A stretch of DNA of 64,000 bases from the human T2T-CHM13v2.0 reference genome, Homo sapiens, in the NCBI RefSeq assembly GCF_009914755.1, contig NC_060947.1; one strand, written 5' to 3'. Within the stretch, counting starts at the first letter, position 1; the number at the start of each line of letters is the position of its first letter. The notes below the pieces were generated by a model. That model worked only from the letters and a program-made list of their open reading frames with translations, was not told the origin of the DNA and made no database searches. Both the position numbers and the translations under genes were made by a program. This document shows, piece by piece, positions 55,320 through 64,000 of the stretch.

Positions 55320-57490
55320 ATAAATTTCTAACCACATGATCACTTTTATAGATGCAGAAAAATCATTTGACAAAATTCTACACCCATTGATGATAAAGAA
55401 CTCTGACCAAACTAGAAATAGAAGGAAAGTTCTTCAGCCAAATAAAGGTGATGTATGAATGCCCTACAGCTAACATCATACTTAATGGTGTAAAACTAAA
55501 GCTTTCCCCTGAAGATTGGGAACAAGACAAGTATGTCTTCTCTCACCACTCCCATTCAACATCATACTTCAAGTCTTAGTGCAATAAGGCAAGAGAAACA
55601 AATAAAAAGCATTCAGGTTGGAAAGGCAGAAGTAGAACTGTCTTTATTTTCAGACAGCATGATCCAGGATGTAGAAAATTCTGAGATAGTCACAAAAACT
55701 ACCACTAGAGCTAACTAACAACTTCAGCAAGGTCATAGGATACAAGATCAATATACAAAGATTAATTGCATTTTTATTTACTAGTAATGAACAATCCAAA
55801 AACTGAAATTAAGGAAACAATACCATTCACAATAGCATCAAAAATAAGAAAATATTTAGAAACAAACTTAACGAAAGACCAAGACTTTTGTACTGAAAAC
55901 TATGAAACAATGCTGACAGAAATTTAAGATTTGAATAAATGGAGATACACTTCATGTTGATGGATTGGGAGACTCCATGTTATTAAGATGGCATTTCTTC
56001 TCAAACTGACCTATAAATTCAATGCAATCACCATCAAAATTCCATCTTGCTATTTTTTTTTTTTTTTTTTTTAGAAATTGACAAGCTGAAATTTGTGTAG
56101 AAATGCAAGAAAATGCATGGGACCCAGGATAGCCAAAGTAGCCTTGAAAAAGAAGAACAAAGTTGGAGCATTTAAACTTTGTGATTTCAAAACTTACTAC
56201 AAAGCTAGAGTAATTAAGAAAGTGTGGTACTGGCATAAGAAGAGACATATAAATCAAAGGAATGGTGCTGGGACAACTGGATATCCACATGCAAAATAAT
56301 GAATTTAGACCTCTCCCTCATATCATACACAAAAATCATAGACATAAATGTAAGAGCTAAAACTATAAAGCTATTAGAAAAAAACATAGAAGTAAATTTT
56401 TGTGACCTCAGGTTAGACAATTTTTTTTTAGATATGACACAAAAATTACAAGTAATAGAAGAAAAAAATGATAATCTGGACTTCTTAAAAATTAAACCTT
56501 TGTGCTTCAAACGACATCATTAAGAAAATGAAAAGACAAGCATTTCAAATTGTAATGTAATAAAGGACTTTTATCTAGAATATGTAAAGTACTTTTGCAA
56601 CTATATAATAAAAAAAACCCAATTAAAAATGAGCAACCTACCTGAATAAACATTTTTTCAAAGAAGTTGTACAAATGCTCAATAAGCACATGAAAAACTG
56701 CTCAACATATAAGCCATTAGGGAAATGCACATCAAAACCACAACGAGATACTACTTCACACCCACCAGGGTAGATGTAACCAATAAAAACAGACAATATG
56801 AAGTTTTGGCAAGGATGTGGAGAAGTTAGAGCCTTGAACCATTGGTTGTGGCAAGGCAAAATAGTGCAGCCACTTTGGAACATGATTTGGCAGTTCCTTA
56901 AAAAGTTAAATATGAACTTACCATACAACCCAGCAATTTCACTCCTGTCTGTGTATGGAAGAGAGTGAAAACATATGTTTACACAAAGGCTTGCATGTCA
57001 GTATTCATGGCAGCTTTATTCATAATAGTCAAAAAGTAGAAACAATCCAAATGTCCATCAATGGGTAAATGGATAAACAAAATGTGGTCTATCCATACAA
57101 TAGAATACTATTGGGCAATGAAAAGGAATGAGGTACCAATACTGTTCCACTGTGGCTGGACTTCAAAAATATTATGCTAATTGAAGGAACTTGGATATAA
57201 AAAACCACATATTGTATGATTCCATTGATATGAAATGTCCAGAATAGGCAAATTCATAGAGATAGAAAATAGATTAGTGGTTGCCAGGGGCTGGGAGTAG
57301 AGTGAGGTGGGGTGGGGAAGGGGGAGTGACTACTGATTGGCAAGGTGTTTCTTTCTGGGGTGATAAAAATGTTCTGGAATTAGATAGAGGTGATGGCTGC
57401 AGAACTCTAAGTTTACTAAAAACTATTCAATTGCACACTGAAGTAAGTAAATTTTATTATTTAAATTATATCTCAGTAAAGCTATAAAAA
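55320..57490 (+). mobile_element. L1MB-type (MB7/8-like) 5'-truncated LINE-1
   Basis: ORF2 relics ([17 protein letters not shown]; [12 protein letters not shown]); 3'UTR ...ggggtgataaaaatgttctggaattagatag...tctcagtaaagctataaaaa. Confidence 0.88.
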
Positions 57491-59724
57491 CGAAATTTCT
57501 AGGAAGGGATTAGGATGACAGATAGGAGGCAGGACCAGCCTGCAGCCCCACTTGGACAGATAGATCAGCGTGTGGAGACTCTCATTTTGAACTTTTGCTT
57601 CAAGAGCTACCACAGGAACATACAAGGAAAGCTGAGAGAATCCACAGACCCTCTGAAGGAACTGGATCGCCACTGCAGGCTCCCTGAGATGCTGAAAAAC
57701 TGTGAGTCTGCTTGCTTTCTCAATGGAGAGGCTCGTGGTCTGGGGCAAGTTCTCAGCCCTGGTCACCAGCTGCCTGGAAATAGACTTGGTGCTGTTGAGG
57801 GGGGCGGGGGCATGGTGGGAGTAAGACTGGTCTTTAGGAATGGGAGAGGGGTGAGACTGGTGACTGCCAGCTTTTTTCTCACTTCTTTGGTGACCTATAT
57901 AACTCAGCAGAGGCAGCCATAATCCCCCTGGGAATATAACTCCATAGGACTGGGAACCACTCCCCCATCCCCCACAGCAGCCACAGCAAGCCCTCCTCAA
58001 GGATAGGCTGAGCTCAGACACGCCTATCCCTGCCCCTACCTGGTAGTCTTTCTCTACCCTCCCTGGTAGCCAAAGACAAAGGTCATAATCTCTTGGGAGG
58101 TCTATGGCCTTGCCTACCACCTGAGAATCTTAAATACTAAACCAGGTGTCCCTAGGGCAAGCTTGCATCCTCCCTATAGGACCACAGCTGATGTGCTCTT
58201 GAAAGTGCCATCTCCTGGCTGGAGGCCAACCAACACAAAACCAACGCACTAAACAAAAACACAACCAAGGACCCTCACAGAGTCCACTTCACTTCCCTGC
58301 TGCCTCCACTGAAGCAGGTGCTGGTATCCACGGCTACAAGATCTGAAGATGGATCACATTACGGGATTCTTTGCAGACACCCCCCAGTACCAGCCCAGAG
58401 TCCAGTAGCGCCACTGGGTGGCTAGACCCAGAAGAGCAAAAATAATTACTACAGTTCAGCTCTTAGGAAGCCCCATTCCTAGGGGAAGGGGAAGGGGGTG
58501 AACACCACATCAAGGGAGCACCCTGTGGGACAAAAGAATCTGAACAGCAGCCCTTGAATCCCAGATCTTCCCTCTGACATAGTCTACCCAAATGAGAAGG
58601 AACCAGAAAAACGATTCTGGTAATATGACAAACACGGTTCTTTAACACCTCCAAAAGATCATCCTAGCTCAACAGCAGTGGATCCAAACCAAGATGAAAT
58701 TTCTGAATTGCCAGAAAAAGAATTCAGAAGGTCGATTATTAAGCTAATCCAGGGGGCACCAGAGAAAGGTGAAGTCCAACTTCAAAAAATGAAAAACATG
58801 ATACAGGATATGAAAGGAAAATTCTGCAGTGAAATAGAGAGCATAAATGAAAAACAATCACAACTTCTGGAAATCAAGGACATAGTTAGAGAAATACAAA
58901 ATGCACAGGAAAGTCTCAATAATAGAATTGAACAAGCAGAAGAAAGAACTTCAGACCTTAAGACAAGGCTTTTGAATTAACCTAATCCATCAAAAATAAA
59001 GAAAAAAATTTAAGAAACGAACAAAGCCTCCAATAAGTTTGGGACTATGTTAAACATCTGAACCTAAGAATAATCAGTGTTCCTGAGGAAGAAGAGAAAT
59101 CTAAAAGTTTGGAAAATATATTTGAAGGAATAATCAAAGAAAACCTTCCTGGCCTTGCTAGAGATCTAGACATCCAAATACAAGAAGCTCAAAGAACAAC
59201 TGAGAAATTAATCGCAAAAAGATCATTGTCTATACACATAGTCATCAGATCATCTAAAGTCTTTACTTTACTTTGGTAAAGGTACAAAGGAAAGAATATT
59301 AAGAGCTGTGAGGCAAAAGCATCAGGTAACCTAAAAAGGAAAACCTATCAGATTAACAGCAGGTTTCTCAGCAGAAACCCTACAAGCTAGAGAGGATTGG
59401 GGTCCTATTTTCAGCCTCCTTAAACAAAACAATTATCAGCCAAGAATTTCATATCCAGTGAAACTAAGCTTCATAATGAAGGACAAATACAGTCTCTTCC
59501 AGACAAATGCTGAGAGAATTCACCACTACCAAGCTAGCACTACTAGAACTGCTAAAAGGAACTCTAAATCTTGAAACAAATCCTCAAAATACACCAAACT
59601 AGAATCTCCGTAATGTATAAATCTCACAGGACCTATATAACAATGACACAATGAAAAAGAAAAACAAGGTATTTAGACAACAAATAGCATAATGAATAGA
59701 ATAGTACCTCACATGTTAATACTA

Positions 59725-59797
59725 TTAGGTTGCTGCAAAAGTAATTGCAGTTTTTGCCAAAATGGCAGAAACTGCAATTGCTTTTGAAGCAACCTAA
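59725..59797. mobile_element. MADE1 MITE (Hsmar1-derived)
   Basis: ttaggttgctgcaaaagtaattgc...gcaacctaa; 35-bp TIRs; TA target duplication at 59723-59724 and 59798-59799. Confidence 0.95.
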
Positions 59798-61235
59798 TAG
59801 ACTGTAAACGGCCCAAATGCTCCATTTAAAAGATACAGAATGGCAGAATGGAAAAGAATTCACTAACCAACTTTCTGCTCTCTTCAGGAGACTCACCTAA
59901 CACAAGGACTCACATAAACTTAAGGTAAAGGAATGGAAAAATATATTCCATGCAAATGGACACAAAAAGCAAGCAGGAGTAGCTTTATATCAGACAAAAC
60001 AAACTTTAAAGCTACAGCAGTTAAAAAAGACAAAGAGGGACATTATATAATGATAAAAGGACTAGTACAAGAGGAAAATATCACAATTCTAAACATATAT
60101 GCACCTAACACTGGAGCTCCTAAATTTATAAAACAGTTACTACTAGACCTACGAAATGAGATAGACAGCAACACAATAATAGTGGGGGACTTTAATTCTC
60201 CACTGACAGCACTAAACAGTTCATCAAAACAAAGTCAACAAAAAATAATGGACTTAACAGATATTTACAGAACATTTTACCCAACAACTGCAGAATATAC
60301 ATTCTATTCATTGGCACAGGGAATATTCTCCAAGATAGACCATGTTATAGGCCACAAAACAAGTCTCAGCAAATTTAGGAAACTCGAAATTATATCAAGT
60401 ACTCACTCAGACCATAGTGGAATAAAACTGGAAATCAACTCCAAAAGGAACCCTCAAAACCATGCAAATTCATGGAAATCAAATAACACACTCCTGAATG
60501 ATCATTGGGTCAACAATGACATCAAGATGGAAATAAAAATTCTTTGAACTGAATGATAATAGTGACACAACCTACACCAAAACCTCTGGGATACAGCAAA
60601 AGCGGTGCTAAGAGGAAAGTTTATAGCATTAAAGCCTACATCAAAAAGTCTGAAACAGCACAAATAGACAATCTAAATAAACAAAGCCAAATACTTGTAG
60701 CCAACTGATCTTTGACAATACAAACAAAAACATAAAGTGAGGAAAGGACTTAACAGATCAACAAATGATGCTGGGGTAATTGGCAAGCCACATGTAGAAA
60801 AATGAAACTGGATTCTCATTTCTCACCTTATACAAAAATTAACTCAAGATGAATCAAATACTTAAATCTGAGACCTGAAACCATACACATTTAGAAGGTA
60901 ACATCAGAAAAGCCCTTCTAGACATTGGCTTAGGCAAAGACTTCATGACCAAGAACCCAAAAGCAAATGCAACAAAAACAAAGATAAATAGATGGGACTT
61001 AATTAAACTAAAAAGCTTCTGCACAGCAAAAGAAATAATCAGCAGGGTTAACAGACAACCCACAGTGTGGAAGAAAATCTTCACAATCTATTCATCTGAA
61101 AAAGGACTAATTTCCAGAATCTACAGAGAACTCAAACAAATTAGAAGAAAAAAACAAGCAATCCCATCAAAAATAGGCTAAACACTTGAGTAGACAATTC
61201 TCAAAAGAAGATACACAAATGTCCAACAAGCATAT

Positions 61236-61585
61236 TGATATGGTTTGGCTGTGTCCCCACCCAAACCTCATCTTGAATTGTAGCTCCCATAATCCCCATG
61301 TGTCATGGGAGGGATCTGTGGGAGGTAATTGAATCATGGGAGCAGGTTTTTCTTATGATGATGAATAAGTCTCATGAGATCTGATAGATTTATAAAGGGC
61401 AGTTCCCCTGCACACGCTCTCTTGCCTGCTGCCATGTAAGATGTGCCTTTGCTCTTCCTTCGCCTTCCATCATGACTGTGAGGCCTCCCCAGCCATGTGG
61501 AACTGTGAGTCCATTAAAACTTTTTCTTTATTAATTACTCAGTCTCGGGTATTTCTTCATAGCAGTATGAAAATGGATCAATATA
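61236..61585 (+). mobile_element. THE1 (C/D-like) MaLR solo LTR nested in the L1PB
   Basis: tgatatggtttggctgtgtccccaccca...gtgaggcctccccagccatgtggaactgtgagtcc; 5-bp TSD catat at 61231-61235 and 61586-61590. Confidence 0.95.
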
Positions 61586-62594
61586 CATATGGAAAAATGT
61601 TCAATAGCACTAATTATCAGGGAAATGCAAATCAAAGCCACAATGTGATACCACTTTACTCCTGCAAGAATGGTCATAATCAAAAAATCAAAAAATAATA
61701 GATGTTGGGTGAAAAGGGAATACTTTTACACTGTGGGTGGGAATGTAAACTAGTACAACCACTATGGAAAACAATGTGGAGATTCCTTAATGAGCAAAAA
61801 GTAGATCTACCATTTGATCCAGCAATCCCACTACTAGGTATCTACCCAGAGGAAAAGAAGTCATATGAAAAAGATACTTACGCCACACTTGTTTATAGCA
61901 GGACAATTCGCAATTGCAAAAATATGGAACCAGTCCAAATGCCCATCAATCAACGCGTGGATAAAGAAAGTGTGGTGTATATATACCATGGAATACTACT
62001 CAGCCATAAAAAGGAATGAAATAATTGCATTTGCAGCAACATGGATGGAATTGGAGATGATTATTCTAAGTGAAGTAACTCAAAAATGGAAAACAAAATA
62101 TCATATGTTCTGACCAATATGTGGTAGCTAAGCTATGAGGATGCAAAGGCATAAGAATGATACATTGGACTTTGAGGACTCAGGGGAAAGGGAAGGAGAT
62201 GGCGAGGGATAAAAGACTACACGTTGGGTACAGGGTACACTGGTTGGGCGATGGGTGCACCAAAATCTCAGAAATCACCACTAAAGAACTTATTTATGTA
62301 ACCAAACACCACCTATTCCCTACAAACCTATTTAAATAAAAAATACATTTCTAACAATGTTTTCATTACCAATGTCATTTCTGTGGCAAGTGAACTCAGT
62401 TTCTCCACAGTAGATCAAACTTTAAACATTCTTTACTTTTGTGGGATGTTAGTCCTTCGATGTTTATGTGAGCAAACTAATTAGGCAATGGATTTTTCAT
62501 TCTTTCTTTGTTGGTTATTTTTTATCCATTAATAGCTCAGGAGGAATCTTGCTCAGGGTCAACTGAATTACATTTGCTCTGTGGTGGTTAAACC

Positions 62595-62785
62595 CTCAGA
62601 CTGTGGGATATGAGGATCCTGCTTCCATCACTTAGCTGTGTTAAATTTGGGGCACAATTACTTAAACTTTCTAATTCTTCCTCTTCTTTACAGAGGAGGT
62701 AAAAATAGAAATGACTTCATGTTTATTGTGAGGAATTAAAATGGACTTTTTACAGCACCTGACACATAGTAAATGCTCAATCAAA
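62595..62785 (+). mobile_element. MIR SINE
   Basis: ccatcacttagctgtg...ttacttaaactttct...ttgtgaggaattaaa...cctgacacatagtaaatgctcaa. Confidence 0.7.
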
Positions 62786-63814
62786 ATAAATGCAATCTAC
62801 TCTATGGGCTGAATGCTAGACACCCTGGTATAAAGGAATAAATCATTTATTAATTACAAGATTTGCCTCAAGCTTGTCTAAGGCTGAACTGGAACTAAGA
62901 TCTTCTGGATAGTTTTCTGTTTTATTTCAGATTTCAGCATGTAGAGTGGCTGCCCTATCTGTTCCTCCTCCCCAGTCTCTACCTGGTCTTGATTTTGAAT
63001 TTCCTCAACTGCTTGTATGCATAAAAGTCTCAGGATCAGCTGTTATAGTCTAAGTGCACCCCCGAGTCACTGTCCTCCAGGTGGGAAAAGTTCCAAATCC
63101 TCAGGGCCTCTGGGTAAAGCTAGAGTGGCTTTGAGGATGATCTTAGACCTAGAGTGTATATGCAACAGGAAGAGATTTTGCTTTCCATTGGTGGTATCCA
63201 TCAAATTTTACTTTTTGGCCAGACATGATGGGATTTTTCACAGCTTCAAAATCAGACAGAAACTGTGCCTAAGATGGAATTTATAGCCTGGGTATAAAAT
63301 GAAATGGATATCAAAGGGGGACAAGTGCCCCTTAAAATAAAATCAGAGACTAGGGAGCAATGGTCTTAGAAGTGATGCCTCTGAGAGGGATTCATAATAG
63401 AATCTAACTCAGAGTTAAATGAGCAGTTTGTACAGTAAAATATCGTGTTCTGGCTACATGGATTGTCATATTAATTTATAAATTAAAAACAAGACTCCAT
63501 GTTGAAGGCACACACTGACATGTTGAAGGAGAATTTCTACCACTTTGGAAAAGAATTTTTTTTTTTTTTAAAAAAGCCCTCCACGAAAATTTTGACTTGC
63601 CTACATTCTTGCTGTGTCTTCATTCTCTTTTCTGCACTTCTCCCCACCTCTCCACCTTCCTTTGCTTTGGTGATTTCTACCTGGCTCCACTGTGCAACAA
63701 GGTGAAGAATGAGGGGAGACATGAGTGAATGTGGTGTAGCCTACACACTGATTTATCTCTGTCCAAATCTTTCCTTGTTCACTTTAAGACACAAAACCAA
63801 ACATTTCCTTCCCA

Positions 63815-64000
63815 GTCTCCCAAGGATTGGGTGGGCCTGATCTAATAAAGGTCATTAGAAGCAGAGAACCTTTCCCAGCTGTAGTAAGAGATGTGACAAT
63901 AGAGCAGAGTCAGAGAGCGAGAGAAAGCAGATGTTGCTGGCTTTGGAGGTGGAGAAAGAGGCTGTGAGCCAGGGTATGTAAATAGCCTCTAGAAACTGGA
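63815..64000 (+). mobile_element. MLT1D/E-like LTR (runs off the window end)
   Basis: gggtgggcctgatcta...gttgctggctttggaggtggag...gagccaggg...gcctctagaaactgga. Confidence 0.7.

Larger units (their letters stand above)
57502..62345 (+). mobile_element. L1PB-type LINE-1 with 5'UTR, ORF1, internally deleted ORF2 and 3'UTR
   Basis: L1PBa-like 5' end; ORF1 relic 58678-58980; EN relic 59933-60547 (NIYAPN, GDFN, SDH); C-terminal relics 60945-62113; 3'UTR caccaaaatctcagaaatcaccactaaagaac. Confidence 0.92.

Noticed and set aside
57482-58120. 212-aa minus-strand ORF
   Set aside because: Lies in the GC-richer L1PB 5'UTR, has no recognisable domain and does not resemble ORF0

Overview
Human genomic DNA: an AluYb8 at 34479-34783 belongs to a human-specific subfamily. 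The window is repeat-dense and intronic or intergenic. I found no recognisable host protein-coding exon, RNA gene, CRISPR array or microbial system. Main features: (1) a full-length but inactivated L1PA2/late-L1PA3 on the minus strand (5081-11102, 15-bp TSD) whose 5'UTR, antisense promoter and ORF0 are still intact; (2) a near full-length old L1MA on the minus strand (about 24.9-31.3 kb) with a nested 5'-truncated L1PA and an AluSp; (3) a plus-strand L1MB and an internally deleted L1PB carrying nested MADE1 and THE1 insertions; (4) nine Alu/FLAM elements, several MaLR/ERVL LTRs, Tigger3, ORSL, MER5 and many MIR/L2/L3 relics. The longest ORFs are retroelement-derived. The best leads are the intact ORF0/antisense-promoter unit with a candidate downstream exon, two pre-miRNA-like hairpins, homotypic POU and K50-homeodomain motif clusters, and several templated-insertion or transduction scars. 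Subfamily calls come from remembered consensus sequences, and boundaries of ancient repeats are approximate. I cannot claim a new biological system.
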